Shown piece by piece: positions 43,032-52,723 of a DNA stretch of 57,225 nt. This DNA is from Sphingobacteriales bacterium (GTDB taxonomy: Bacteria > Bacteroidota > Bacteroidia > Chitinophagales > JADIYW01). How positions within the stretch are numbered: position 1 is the first letter of the stretch; each line of letters opens with the position of its first letter. The notes under the pieces were generated by a model, which saw only the letters and a program-made list of their open reading frames with translations, ran no database searches and was not told where the DNA came from. Both the position numbers and the translations under genes were made by a program. The stretch is taken from the NCBI GenBank assembly GCA_043757615.1, contig JAYVPA010000138.1:1-57225 (forward strand), read 5' to 3'.

Positions 43032-44534
43032 GAATAAAACTTCCTGTATAGACGACTGATTGCTGAATAACATCGCGAGTCTGTCGATGCCGAAACCAAT
43101 GCCTGAGGTTGGCGGCATGCCATATTCCAAGGCACGCAGGAAATCCTGGTCTATAAACATCGCTTCATCGTCACCGCGCTCCTGAAGTTTTAACTGGTCT
43201 TCAAAGCGTTCACGCTGGTCAATCGGATCATTTAATTCCGTATACGCATTCGCAATTTCCTTTCCATTTATCATCAGCTCAAAACGCTCTACCAAACCTT
43301 CTGTCGTGCGATGTTTTTTTGTCAGGGGCGACATTTCCACCGGATAATCAATAATGAACGTCGGCTGGATATAATTATGTTCGCAGCGTGCACCAAAGAT
43401 TTCATCTATCAGTTTTCCTTTGCCCATGGAACTATCTGTTTCAATATGCAATTGTTTACAGACATCACGCAGTGCAGCTTCATCCATTGCAGAAACATCA
43501 AAACCTGTATACGTTTTTATTGCTTCATAAATGGAAATACGTTTGTACGGCGCTTTAAAGTTTATCATGTTCTCGCCCACTTCCACCGCAGTTGTTCCAT
43601 TTGTATCTACACACGCTTTTTCCAGCAATTGCTCTGTGGTTTCCATCATCCAGAAATAATCTTTATACGCCACATAAAATTCCAGTACGGTAAACTCAGG
43701 ATTATGCGTTTTATCCATTCCTTCATTTCTAAAATTTCTTGAAAACTCATACACCCAGTCAAAACCTCCAACTATCAATCTCTTCAGATATAATTCATTC
43801 GCGACACGCAGATACAAAGGAATATCCAGCGCATTATGATGCGTCATAAATGGTTTTGCAGCCGCGCCGCCGGGAATGCTTTGCAGCACAGGTGTGTCCA
43901 CTTCTAACGCACCTTTATCATTTAAAAATTCACGGATGGAATTCATCATTTTGGTGCGTTTAACAAATGTTTCGCGCACTTTTGAATTCACCACTAAATC
44001 TACATAACGCTGACGGTAACGCAATTCCGGATCAGAAAAAGCATCAAATACATTTCCTTCATCATCTGTTTTTACAACAGGCAATGGACGCAGTGATTTT
44101 GCCAGCAAGGTAAATTCTGTTGCATGAATAGTTATCTCGCCCATCTTTGTAATAAAAGCATATCCTTTTATCCCAATGAAATCACCAAGGTCTAATAATT
44201 TGGAGAAAAGTACATCGTACAAAGATTTATCTTCTGTCGGACAAATATCATCGCGGCGAACATAAATTTGTATACGGCCCGCACTGTCCTGGATTTCCGC
44301 AAACGTTGCTTTTCCTGCAGGGCGTGCAGCCATCAATCTGCCGGCAACACAGACTTCCTGGTAATTCAAACGGTTCTTCGCACCATCTTCCAAAACCTCT
44401 TCCTTGTAATTTTCTTTTATCTCTTTAGAAGTCACACTTACAGGATATAAAGGCGCAGGATATGGATCTACACCTAATGCTTTTATTTTTTCCAGTTTCT
44501 CACGACGTACTTGTTCTTGCTCAGAAAGTTGCAT
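43005..44534 (-). CDS. lysS: lysine--tRNA ligase (class II)
   Basis: 509 aa. RNFRNEGMDKTHNPEFTVLEFY (motif 2) and GIGFGIDRLAML (motif 3), with an OB-fold N-terminus. Confidence 0.95.
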   Translation of the reverse strand: MQLSEQEQVRREKLEKIKALGVDPYPAPLYPVSVTSKEIKENYKEEVLEDGAKNRLNYQEVCVAGRLMAARPAGKATFAEIQDSAGRIQIYVRRDDICPTEDKSLYDVLFSKLLDLGDFIGIKGYAFITKMGEITIHATEFTLLAKSLRPLPVVKTDDEGNVFDAFSDPELRYRQRYVDLVVNSKVRETFVKRTKMMNSIREFLNDKGALEVDTPVLQSIPGGAAAKPFMTHHNALDIPLYLRVANELYLKRLIVGGFDWVYEFSRNFRNEGMDKTHNPEFTVLEFYVAYKDYFWMMETTEQLLEKACVDTNGTTAVEVGENMINFKAPYKRISIYEAIKTYTGFDVSAMDEAALRDVCKQLHIETDSSMGKGKLIDEIFGARCEHNYIQPTFIIDYPVEMSPLTKKHRTTEGLVERFELMINGKEIANAYTELNDPIDQRERFEDQLKLQERGDDEAMFIDQDFLRALEYGMPPTSGIGFGIDRLAMLFSNQSSIQEVLFFPQMRPEK

Positions 44535-44630
44535 ATTTTGATAAATTGAAGTACAAAAGTAAGATTTTTAGTCGATAGTCCACAGTCCATAGATAACGAG
44601 CGGCAGAATTTAAAACATTATGTTTTTTAT

Positions 44631-45248
44631 TTAAAGAGAAATTAATTCAGAAATGTCTTTATCTACTAAAATTGTCTGAATACCTAATTTCTGTGCTTCC
44701 ACTAAATTTTCCTGTTTATCATCAAAGAAAACACAGTATTGTGGTTGTAATTTTTGCTCTTGTAAAACGAATTCATAAATCTCTTTACCGGGTTTTCGCA
44801 ATCCGATTTCCTGTGAATAATAACAGGTATGGAAATGGGTTGATAATATATCTTCACCGAATTCCAGCAGCATATATTGACGGATATAATCCATGTGAAT
44901 ATGATTGGTGTTGCTCAACAAAATCAGTTGGTATTTTTTTGATAAGTCTTTTAATAAGTCAACCCGATGCTGTGGAATATCTTTCAGAATCCCGTTCCAG
45001 TGCTGCATAATTTTTTCTTCAGAAAGATGTTCTTCTATTGCAATATATTTTAATGCTTTCAAAAAATCTTCGGGATTGATTTTACCAGTTTCAAATTGCT
45101 GAAAAAAATTATTCAGGAATAAATCATTTAATTTTTCTGTTTGAAAATTCGGATGTAAATCCTCTTTTATCCAGTCGTCTTCAGTTTTCAGATTAATGAT
45201 TACGCCCCCCAAATCAAAAATTAATGTTTGTATCTCTTCATTTTTCAT
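44631..45248 (-). CDS. HAD-superfamily hydrolase (subfamily IA)
   Basis: LIFDLGGVI (motif I), LLSNTN, FFDDKQENL. Likely start is MKNEEIQ at 45248. Confidence 0.7.
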   Translation of the reverse strand: MKNEEIQTLIFDLGGVIINLKTEDDWIKEDLHPNFQTEKLNDLFLNNFFQQFETGKINPEDFLKALKYIAIEEHLSEEKIMQHWNGILKDIPQHRVDLLKDLSKKYQLILLSNTNHIHMDYIRQYMLLEFGEDILSTHFHTCYYSQEIGLRKPGKEIYEFVLQEQKLQPQYCVFFDDKQENLVEAQKLGIQTILVDKDISELISL

Positions 45249-45368
45249 TCCTAGAAGAATTTTTAATTTGCTTAATTTTCTGTTACGGTAATCCTGCAAT
45301 AAAAAAGGCAAATCCTATAACAAATAACGATAGTTTTTACGGAATTTACTACAACGAAAACAAACCAC

Positions 45369-45845
45369 ATGAAAAAAATAATTTTTATACTCTGCATATT
45401 CATTCTTACTGCGTGTAATTCCCAAAAGGAAAAAGAAAACCATATACGAAAATCACTGAATAAATATTTCAGCAAAATAAAACTTGACAAAGACACGAGA
45501 AAAAATTATGAACTCTTATTTGATGAATATAATGAACGGGATTATATTACTTTTTTAAAAAATGAAAATCTGGTAAATTGTAGTTCTTCAATATCCGATC
45601 GCTCTGCGACAATACTTGAACATAGAAAAAAAATTGAAGCAGGACTGCCATTAACGGAAAATGAAAAAGAGTTCGACAAGATAAAACATACAGATATTTT
45701 TTCCAACATTGATGATTCTCTTTCCAGAATAAAGCCTGATGAAACGAAAACCTATTTTAAGGTTTTTACTTTCCAATTAAAAGACAAAGATACTATCTGG
45801 AAAAATAATTTCTGGATGGATGGGGATTATAAGATAGTGGAATAA
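45369..45845 (+). CDS. hypothetical lipoprotein
   Basis: Lipobox signal MKKIIFILCIFILTAC. No recognised domain. Confidence 0.55.
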   Translation: MKKIIFILCIFILTACNSQKEKENHIRKSLNKYFSKIKLDKDTRKNYELLFDEYNERDYITFLKNENLVNCSSSISDRSATILEHRKKIEAGLPLTENEKEFDKIKHTDIFSNIDDSLSRIKPDETKTYFKVFTFQLKDKDTIWKNNFWMDGDYKIVE

Positions 45846-45872
45846 AAAAGCACTTAGTAATCTAAGTGCTTG
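45846..45872 (-). terminator. rho-independent terminator downstream of tRNA-Met (may also stop the convergent + strand gene)
   Basis: Stem agcacttag/ctaagtgct with loop taat. A T-run follows on the minus strand (plus-strand aaaaaa at 45845-45850). Confidence 0.6.
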
Positions 45873-45876
45873 TGAG

Positions 45877-45950
45877 TGGTCCCGCATGGGCTCGAACCAT
45901 GGACCCCCTGATTATGAGTCAGGTGCTCTAACCAGCTGAGCTACAGGACC
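45877..45950 (-). tRNA. tRNA with CAT anticodon (Met, or Ile2 if lysidine-modified)
   Basis: The reverse complement GGTCCTGTAGCTCAGCTGGTTAGAGCACCTGACTCATAATCAGGGGGTCCATGGTTCGAGCCCATGCGGGACCA folds as a cloverleaf. It has a 7-bp acceptor stem, a D-loop AGCTCAGCTGGTTAGAGC, the anticodon loop CTCATAA and a T-arm GGTTCGAGCC. CCA is not encoded. Confidence 0.9.
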
Positions 45951-46028
45951 GATGAATCAACGATTCATAAAATTGAAGTGCAAATGTACGTTTTTACACT
46001 GAATTTCAAAAAAGGAAATGGATTTATA

Positions 46029-47027
46029 TCAAAAATTATAGATTGTCGCCAAAACCGTTTCACCCACAGCTTGTAAAGTCAGCTTGTCTATGATACTCAT
46101 ATTGTCATCATGCGTGTGCCAATGCGCAGGAAACCCACTGCGTGTATTATACGTCCGGCTGATGATATCAATCGTAGGAATTCTTGCCATTTGATTGATG
46201 TAATAATGATCGTCAATAATCTGGTCTGTATTTTCCTTTATGAAAAAATTTCCATAACCTAATTGTGCAGCATTATTCCATACTTGTTTCATAAATTCCG
46301 GTGCATACTGCATCGAAACTCCTTCATATGTAAAAGTGGCTCCTTTCGCTCCAACCATATCCAGTAAAATTCCGTTTTCTGCTTTATAATTCAGAACATG
46401 AGGATTTTTGCACCAATATTGTGTTCCTAAACAATAAAAATCACCTTGTTTTTGGTTTAAATCATATTCGGGTTGTCCGTAATCCTCCACATCTAAAAAG
46501 ATTAAATCCACGCCGATTTCCGATTTTTTTTGCTGCAGCTGTCTGGCGATTTCCAGTAAAATTGCAGAACCGCTTCCACCATCATCAGCAGCTAAAATCG
46601 GGGCTGCCACCGCACTGTCATCCTGGTCTGCGAACGGACGTGCATCCCAGTGCGTACAAATCATTAGTCTTCTTTTTGCTGTGGTGTTGTAAGATGCAAT
46701 CACATTGATACATGGAACAGATTTACCGTTATACACCACTACATTTGTTTTTTGCATGACAACACTTGCTCCGTAATTTTTTAATTTCTGTTCGAAAAAT
46801 GCAGCACATTTTTGTTGTGCCGGTGTGCCCGGAACACGCGTGCCGAAATCTACCTGTTGTTGTGTAAAAACATATGCTGAATCCGAAGAGAAAGCAGGTT
46901 TTGTTATTTTATTTTCTGTTGATGTTGTTGTTGCGGCTGATTGATTATCCTGATTGTGTTTGCAAGATGAAGCCATTAAGATTGGTAATATTAACAACGT
47001 GACAATTTTTATGAAAACAGATTGCAT
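46029..47027 (-). CDS. M28 family metallopeptidase / glutaminyl-cyclase-like lipoprotein
   Basis: CTHWDARPFAD, DDGGSGSAILLE, FLDVEDYG and HTHDDN are M28 metal-binding motifs. Likely start is MQSVFIKIVTLLILPILMASSC (lipobox) at 47027. The track extension to 47141 overlaps cysS. Confidence 0.75.
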   Translation of the reverse strand: MQSVFIKIVTLLILPILMASSCKHNQDNQSAATTTSTENKITKPAFSSDSAYVFTQQQVDFGTRVPGTPAQQKCAAFFEQKLKNYGASVVMQKTNVVVYNGKSVPCINVIASYNTTAKRRLMICTHWDARPFADQDDSAVAAPILAADDGGSGSAILLEIARQLQQKKSEIGVDLIFLDVEDYGQPEYDLNQKQGDFYCLGTQYWCKNPHVLNYKAENGILLDMVGAKGATFTYEGVSMQYAPEFMKQVWNNAAQLGYGNFFIKENTDQIIDDHYYINQMARIPTIDIISRTYNTRSGFPAHWHTHDDNMSIIDKLTLQAVGETVLATIYNF

Positions 47028-47057
47028 GCCTTGTCGGAAGACATGCTTCGTACTTCG

Positions 47058-47098
47058 CAATGACGACCATTGACTATTGACTATTGACCAATGACTAG
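47058..47098. repeat. TTGAC-word stutter (caatgac gac cattgac tattgac tattgac caatgac tag)
   Basis: Imperfect 7-bp tandem units read directly. Lies between the cysS stop (47095) and the M28 start (47027). Related to 48606-48636 (inverted) and 56539-56565. Confidence 0.8.
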
Positions 47099-48588
47099 TT
47101 AATCTCATATGTTGTTCCATCTTTAGCATCTTTAATTTCAATTCCGGCTTCTTTTAATCCGTCACGAATTTTATCGGAAGTTGTCCAGTCTTTATTTTCG
47201 CGCGATTGTTTTCTGATATCAATCACCAACTGCATCACTTTATCTAATGCTACATTGTTACCTGTCGAAGTATCATCCAGTAAACCTAAGACATCGTACA
47301 AGAATTCGTTATAGGTTTTTTGTAATAAGTTGAAAATAGCCTTCGAAATATTAGTTACCTTTTTTCCATCATTATAATAAATATTTATTTGCGTAGCGAG
47401 TTCATATAATGTTGCAACTAGTTTCGGTGAATTGAAATCATCGTCCATAACTACTTTGCATTCTGCACATAAATCACGGATTATCTTGTTCTGTTTTTCA
47501 TCTGAAGCCGCAGACTCGTCGAATTTTAATTCCTGTAAATATTTTGCTGCGTTTAATAATTTGCGCAAGCCTTTTTCAGCATCCTGCAAACCTTTTATAG
47601 TAATATCCAGTTCTGAAGAATAGTGCGATTGCATAAATAAAAAACGCACCGTCATCGCTGAATACGCTTTATCTAACAAAGGATGATTGCCTGTCAGGAA
47701 TTCCATCGGCAAAATAGAATTTCCTAAAGACTTGCTCATTTTTTGTCCGTTGAAATTAAGCATGTTTGTATGCATCCAGTAACGCACAGGCTCATTGCCG
47801 CAAGCACCAACATTCTGAGCAATCTCACATTCGTGATGCGGAAATTTCAAATCCATGCCGCCTGCATGAATATCAAATTGTTTCCCTAAATATTTTGTAC
47901 TCATCACAGAACACTCGAGATGCCAACCCGGGAAACCACTGCCCCACGGGGAGTTCCACTGCATGATATGATCAGGCGATGCTTTTTTCCATAACGCAAA
48001 ATCTATTGAATTTCGTTTCTCATCCTGTCCGTCCAAATCGCGGTAACCTGCAACTAGTTCATCTATATTTCTGCCGGATAATTTTCCGTAATTATTTCCT
48101 TTTGCGTTGTATGCTTTCACATCAAAATAGACAGAACCATTAGATTCATACGCCACGCCATTGTCAATCAGCTTCTGCGTCATTTCAATTTGTTCAACGA
48201 TATGGCCTGTTGCAGTCGGCTCAATGGTTGGCGGCAATAAATTAAACAACCTGCATACTTCATGAAAACCGACGGTATATTTCTGCACGATTTCCATCGG
48301 CTCCAGTTTCTCTAATTTCGCCTGATCTTCCATGCGGTTTTTTCCTTCACCTGCTTCGTTCGTTAAATGTCCTGCGTCTGTAATATTTCTTACATAGCGA
48401 ACTTTGTATCCTAAAAATTTCAAATAACGATATACCAAATCAAAAGAAATAAAAGTACGTGTATTTCCTAAATGCACATCAGAATAAACCGTTGGACCGC
48501 AGCAATACAAACCCACATACGGCGGATTGATAGCTTCAAATTTTTCTTTTTGTCGTGTAAGTGTGTTTTGAATATGAAGTTCTGACAT
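47095..48588 (-). CDS. cysS: cysteine--tRNA ligase
   Basis: HLGNTRTF (HIGH-type motif), KMSKS present exactly (GQKMSKSLGN), CCGPTVY. Likely start is MSELHIQNTLT at 48588. Confidence 0.95.
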   Translation of the reverse strand: MSELHIQNTLTRQKEKFEAINPPYVGLYCCGPTVYSDVHLGNTRTFISFDLVYRYLKFLGYKVRYVRNITDAGHLTNEAGEGKNRMEDQAKLEKLEPMEIVQKYTVGFHEVCRLFNLLPPTIEPTATGHIVEQIEMTQKLIDNGVAYESNGSVYFDVKAYNAKGNNYGKLSGRNIDELVAGYRDLDGQDEKRNSIDFALWKKASPDHIMQWNSPWGSGFPGWHLECSVMSTKYLGKQFDIHAGGMDLKFPHHECEIAQNVGACGNEPVRYWMHTNMLNFNGQKMSKSLGNSILPMEFLTGNHPLLDKAYSAMTVRFLFMQSHYSSELDITIKGLQDAEKGLRKLLNAAKYLQELKFDESAASDEKQNKIIRDLCAECKVVMDDDFNSPKLVATLYELATQINIYYNDGKKVTNISKAIFNLLQKTYNEFLYDVLGLLDDTSTGNNVALDKVMQLVIDIRKQSRENKDWTTSDKIRDGLKEAGIEIKDAKDGTTYEIN

Positions 48589-48605
48589 ATCGCAAAGATA
48601 GGAAT

Positions 48606-48636
48606 TAGTCAATAGCCATTGGTCAATGGTCAATAC
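48606..48636. repeat. TTGAC-word stutter, inverted relative to 47058-47098
   Basis: The reverse complement is gtattgaccattgaccaatggctattgacta. It lies 18-48 nt upstream of the cysS start. Confidence 0.8.
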
Positions 48637-48658
48637 TTTTTTGCATTTTTGTATTTTT

Positions 48659-48752
48659 GTCTGAACTTTGATTTATGTGATATTTATGATGAATGTGATT
48701 CTTGTTTTTAAATCATGATTATCACATAAATCAAACTAATCACAGTTCAGAC
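48659..48752. repeat. 94-bp imperfect palindromic element between the ruvC stop and the cysS upstream region
   Basis: Left arm is gtctgaac+tttgatttatgtgata. The reverse complement of the right arm is gtctgaac+tgtgattag+tttgatttatgtgata. The terminal 8 bp and inner 16 bp are perfectly complementary. Confidence 0.8.
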
Positions 48753-48754
48753 AA

Positions 48755-49327
48755 TTATTGAACCCGCTTCGCATTATCTTTCACAAAAGCTTCCCAGCCG
48801 CTATATTTTTTTCCTCCACTTGGAACGCCGCGCATAGAAAAATGATGACAAACCGCCACTGCCAGACCATCTGTTGCATCTAATTGTTTGGGCAGTACAT
48901 CTGTTTTTAAAATATGTCCGAGCATCGCAGCAACCTGTTCCTTCGCTGCATTTCCGTTACCCGTAATACTTTGTTTTACTTTCTTAGGAGAATATTCCTG
49001 TACCGGAATTTTTTGTGACAAAGCTGCTGCAATTGCCATACCTTGCGCCCTTCCAAGTTTCAGCATCGACTGAACATTTTTACCAAAAAACGGTGCTTCG
49101 ATAGCCAGCATATTGGGTTTGTAGGCTAAAACTATTTCCAGGATCCTGTCGTAAATACATTGTAATCTGTCGTAATGGTCGTCAAATTTCTCCGTATGAA
49201 TACTGCCGATAGCAATCAGTTCCATCGTATTACCATCAGACAAAATGATACCATAACCGGTTACCTGTGTTCCAGGATCGACGCCAAGGATTATTATTTT
49301 AGGATTTGCTTTATTGACTGCTGCCAC
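48755..49327 (-). CDS. ruvC: crossover junction endodeoxyribonuclease RuvC
   Basis: ILGVDPGTQVTGYGI, the Glu in LAIEAPFFGKNVQS, and DATDGLAVAVCH: canonical RuvC acidic residues and length (190 aa). Confidence 0.9.
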   Translation of the reverse strand: MAAVNKANPKIIILGVDPGTQVTGYGIILSDGNTMELIAIGSIHTEKFDDHYDRLQCIYDRILEIVLAYKPNMLAIEAPFFGKNVQSMLKLGRAQGMAIAAALSQKIPVQEYSPKKVKQSITGNGNAAKEQVAAMLGHILKTDVLPKQLDATDGLAVAVCHHFSMRGVPSGGKKYSGWEAFVKDNAKRVQ

Positions 49328-49409
49328 GTCGTAAAAATAGTAGTTAGTATTGAGTAGTTAGTAATTATTTATCAGAACGCTGGAATAAAATACCCAAACT
49401 AAAATTAAG

Positions 49410-49481
49410 AGAACGCAGATTGAGATGATTTTTAAGATTTCCTCTGTCTTAAATCATAATTATCTTGTAAATCTGCGTTCT
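49410..49481. repeat. 72-bp hairpin element with perfect 11-bp terminal inverted repeat AGAACGCAGAT/ATCTGCGTTCT
   Basis: Read directly. The inner segments atgatttttaag / cttaaatcat are also complementary. It lies in the divergent intergenic region between ruvC and the 49552 gene. Confidence 0.8.
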
Positions 49482-49551
49482 ATTATTGATACTTTTTATG
49501 ATTTATGTAAGATGTCTATTGTAAAAAACAAACTATCTTTGAAGCCCTTAC

Positions 49552-50520
49552 ATGAAGAAGCTTTTTCAAAATAAATTACTGAACACCATTGTCAAAATCC
49601 TGATGTTTGGCGGATTGTTGTTCGTGCTGTACAAGCAATTATTTGTTAACGAAAAAATTGAAATTGCTTACAATCATTTTCTACTCAATTTTCACGGGAA
49701 TTATATATTGCTGAGCATCGTCGTGCTGCTGATGTGCGCCAACTGGACCATTGAAAGCATCAAATGGAAATTATTGATTGACAAACTGCATCCGATTTCA
49801 TGGCTGGAAGCAATTGAAGGAATTTTATTCGGCGTTACATTTTCGTTGTTCACACCCAGCAGAATTGGCGAATTCGGCGGTCGTGTTTTCGCATTGGATA
49901 CAGACAGAAAAGAAGCAATCGTATCCACTATTTTGGGCAGTTTAGCGCAGATTGTAGTGAACCTTTCGTTTGGCGCACTTGGTTTATTGCTTTATTCATT
50001 TTTATATAAAAAGATGGATGCTTATTTCCTGTTTGCATTTATTTTTATTTATGTGTTGATGGTTGCCGCTATCCATTTTTGTTTCTACAACCTGGATGTG
50101 GTCAGCACTAAGTTTTCCAATTTCAGCATTTTCAAAAAAGTCTATAAATACATTCACATTATCGACTTATACAGCAACAGGGATTTTTTACGTTTGGAGA
50201 TTCTCTCCATTGTCCGGTATTTCATTTATTGCCTGCAATTTGTATTGTTGCTAAAATTCTTTGGATTTCAGCTTTCATTCTTCACCGCAATGATTCTGGT
50301 AGCAGCTATTTTCTTTGTACAAACAATTAATCCAATTAATATTGCCCTGATAGACTTTGGATTTCGCGGGAATGTAGCAGCTTATTTTTTAGCTGGTTTT
50401 ACCAATAATCCTATCACCATTATTGCCACAACTATCACTTTATGGTTTATAAATCTGATTATTCCAGCCATAATTGGAGGAATTTCAGCCCTTAGATTTA
50501 GGTTTTTTAAGGAAGAATAA
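49552..50520 (+). CDS. polytopic membrane protein (flippase-like / lysylphosphatidylglycerol-synthase TM-region-like, UPF0104 type)
   Basis: 322 aa with ~8 hydrophobic helices. The family call is from general resemblance only. Confidence 0.4.
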   Translation: MKKLFQNKLLNTIVKILMFGGLLFVLYKQLFVNEKIEIAYNHFLLNFHGNYILLSIVVLLMCANWTIESIKWKLLIDKLHPISWLEAIEGILFGVTFSLFTPSRIGEFGGRVFALDTDRKEAIVSTILGSLAQIVVNLSFGALGLLLYSFLYKKMDAYFLFAFIFIYVLMVAAIHFCFYNLDVVSTKFSNFSIFKKVYKYIHIIDLYSNRDFLRLEILSIVRYFIYCLQFVLLLKFFGFQLSFFTAMILVAAIFFVQTINPINIALIDFGFRGNVAAYFLAGFTNNPITIIATTITLWFINLIIPAIIGGISALRFRFFKEE

Positions 50521-50561
50521 TAGAATATTTTGTATTTTTACGGGTTAATACCAAATTCTTT

Positions 50562-52154
50562 ATGAATAATCAAATCTTTCTAATTTTGATAATGACACTT
50601 TTTTGTGTCGTTATGATTACTATTACTTATTTAACAAATAAGTCAAATCATCCTAAAGCATTATTTCTTTTATTCTTTACTGAAATGTGGGAGCGTTTTT
50701 CTTTTTATGGGATGCGTGCTTTATTAATGCTGTATATGACATCAAAATTGCAGTATCCAGATGCAAAAGCAAGTTTGATTTATGGTACTTATACCTCTTT
50801 AGTATATCTGATGCCGCTTTTTGGTGGTATGATTGCTGATAGAATATTAGGATATAGAAAAGCCGTTATTCTTGGAGGTATTTTGATGGCAATAGGACAT
50901 TTTGTTTTAGCGTTGCCTCCATCATGGTCATTCTTTACAGGAATGGCATTCCTTATCTCAGGTAATGGTTTTTTCAAACCAAATATTTCTTCCATGGTTG
51001 GAAAATTATATGCAGATGGTGACAATAGAAGAGACGCAGCATTTTCAATATTTTATATGGGTGTAAACATCGGTGCTTTGTTAAGTGGTCTTATTTGCGG
51101 ATATATTGGGGAAAAAGGATTCGAAGTATTTACATTTATGACACCTGAAACAAGTTGGCACTTTGGATTTGGTTTAGCCGGTGTTTGTATGGTATTAGGT
51201 GTAATCAATTTTGTTGCATTTAAACATTTATTGGGTGATATTGGCTTAATGCCAGTAATAGAGCGCAAAAAAGATGTTTCGGGCAATGAAATAGAAGGTT
51301 CCAATTTACCTGCAATTAAACCCTGGATGATTTACATATTTTCATTTCTGATAATACCATTGTTTATTATCTTATTTAGAAACTACACAATAATGGGCTA
51401 CATTATGGTTCCATTTTGTATTATTGCTACTGTCGGCATGGTATATTTGTCGTTTACTTTAGAAAGTGTAGCAGCAAGACAAATGATGCAGGCAGCCATC
51501 ATAATGGTCATATTTTCTACACTTTTTTGGGCATTCTATGAGCAGGGCGGTGGTTCTCTTAATTTGTTCGCAAAAAGAAATGTCAATCTTTATGGAATGT
51601 CTGCTGCTTCAGTAAATAATTCAATTAATCCATTTTTGGTAATATTATTTAGTACACCTTTTGCTGCTCTTTGGCTCTATTTAGCGAATAGAAAGAAAGA
51701 ACCTTCAACTCCAATGAAATTTAGCCTTTCATTTATACAATTAGGATTTGGATTTTTAATTTTTGTTTTAGGAGCTAAACTTGCTACTAGTGGTGGCCAG
51801 GTTTCTTTATTATGGTTTATTGTCGGATATATATTACTTACTACTGGTGAGCTTTGTTTATCACCTATTGGTTTATCTATGATTACTAAACTATCGCCGC
51901 CTAAATTTACCGGTTTAATGATGGGTTTTTGGTTTTTGGCATCAGCCATGGGTCAATATCTGGCAGGCGTAATTGGCACATTAATGGCAATTCCTTCTGA
52001 GGGTGGTGCAACCACAGTATCAGCAGTTGAGTCTTTAGCTATATACAGCGGTGTATTTATGAAAATATTTTATGTATCACTGGGTGGTGCTTTAATATTA
52101 CTCTTGTTAGTACCTATTTTGAAAAGATGGTCAGGCAAAACTGCTGTAGAATAA
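50562..52154 (+). CDS. POT/PTR2 family proton-dependent di/tripeptide transporter
   Basis: FFTEMWERFSFYGMRALL (ExxERFxYYG-type signature) and GGMIADRILGYRKAVILGGILMAIGH (PTR2 signature 1 region). 530 aa, polytopic. Confidence 0.85.
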   Translation: MNNQIFLILIMTLFCVVMITITYLTNKSNHPKALFLLFFTEMWERFSFYGMRALLMLYMTSKLQYPDAKASLIYGTYTSLVYLMPLFGGMIADRILGYRKAVILGGILMAIGHFVLALPPSWSFFTGMAFLISGNGFFKPNISSMVGKLYADGDNRRDAAFSIFYMGVNIGALLSGLICGYIGEKGFEVFTFMTPETSWHFGFGLAGVCMVLGVINFVAFKHLLGDIGLMPVIERKKDVSGNEIEGSNLPAIKPWMIYIFSFLIIPLFIILFRNYTIMGYIMVPFCIIATVGMVYLSFTLESVAARQMMQAAIIMVIFSTLFWAFYEQGGGSLNLFAKRNVNLYGMSAASVNNSINPFLVILFSTPFAALWLYLANRKKEPSTPMKFSLSFIQLGFGFLIFVLGAKLATSGGQVSLLWFIVGYILLTTGELCLSPIGLSMITKLSPPKFTGLMMGFWFLASAMGQYLAGVIGTLMAIPSEGGATTVSAVESLAIYSGVFMKIFYVSLGGALILLLLVPILKRWSGKTAVE

Positions 52155-52190
52155 GTGAAACTAAATTGATAAGTTTTTTGTTTAGATATT

Positions 52191-52682
52191 ATGCAAATAA
52201 AGGGTAAAATATTCACTATCGCCGGCATTGTCCTCCTTTTTGGATACTTTATAAAGGATTCTTTTAAAGATCCTTATGATCCGACGCAGGTGGTAATGAT
52301 AGGAAATGATACCTTGGGAAGAGATTGGGGTGCAATGGCAGAACAAGTTGCAAATGCGGGCAAAAATCTGAACTCAGAAGGTGAAGTTTCAAGTGTAAAT
52401 TCCAATTCGGATGTTGCGAGTGTAAATTCTGAAAAAACCGCTAAGGAAAAAGATGCAGAACTTCTCAAAACTCAACAAGATCCTTTCAATAAACAAAAAC
52501 TTAATAAAGACAATTATTCTTCTATTCAATCTCCTGACGGCAGAGAAATTATTACAGGTTATAACCGACCTGAAGATCCTGCTAACAATGATGATGATGA
52601 TGCAGATCCCAACAACATTAAGTTTAAAAGCCGACACCAGATAGAAGCCGGTGAAGAACCTGAAATGAAATACAGAGATTAG
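52191..52682 (+). CDS. hypothetical membrane-anchored, acidic low-complexity protein
   Basis: N-terminal helix IFTIAGIVLLFGYFI. Co-directional with its neighbours, and preferred over the antisense 52389-52730 ORF. Confidence 0.45.
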   Translation: MQIKGKIFTIAGIVLLFGYFIKDSFKDPYDPTQVVMIGNDTLGRDWGAMAEQVANAGKNLNSEGEVSSVNSNSDVASVNSEKTAKEKDAELLKTQQDPFNKQKLNKDNYSSIQSPDGREIITGYNRPEDPANNDDDDADPNNIKFKSRHQIEAGEEPEMKYRD

Positions 52683-52723
52683 TAGGTGTTTTTTCATCTT
52701 AATATTACCTTTTACTACTTTAA

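Noticed and set aside
45877-45950. tRNA-Met(CAT) as the integration site of the island
   Set aside because: The tRNA is 2.8 kb from the island edge, with lysS and a HAD gene in between. No tRNA-derived direct repeat is seen, and the repeats match the lysS 3' end instead.
47028-47141. Long N-terminal extension of the M28 peptidase ORF overlapping the cysS 3' end, and a similar extension of cysS (48589-48633)
   Set aside because: The extensions run through the TTGAC stutter repeats and encode implausible peptides. Internal ATGs give a clean lipoprotein signal (M28) and the canonical CysS N-terminus.
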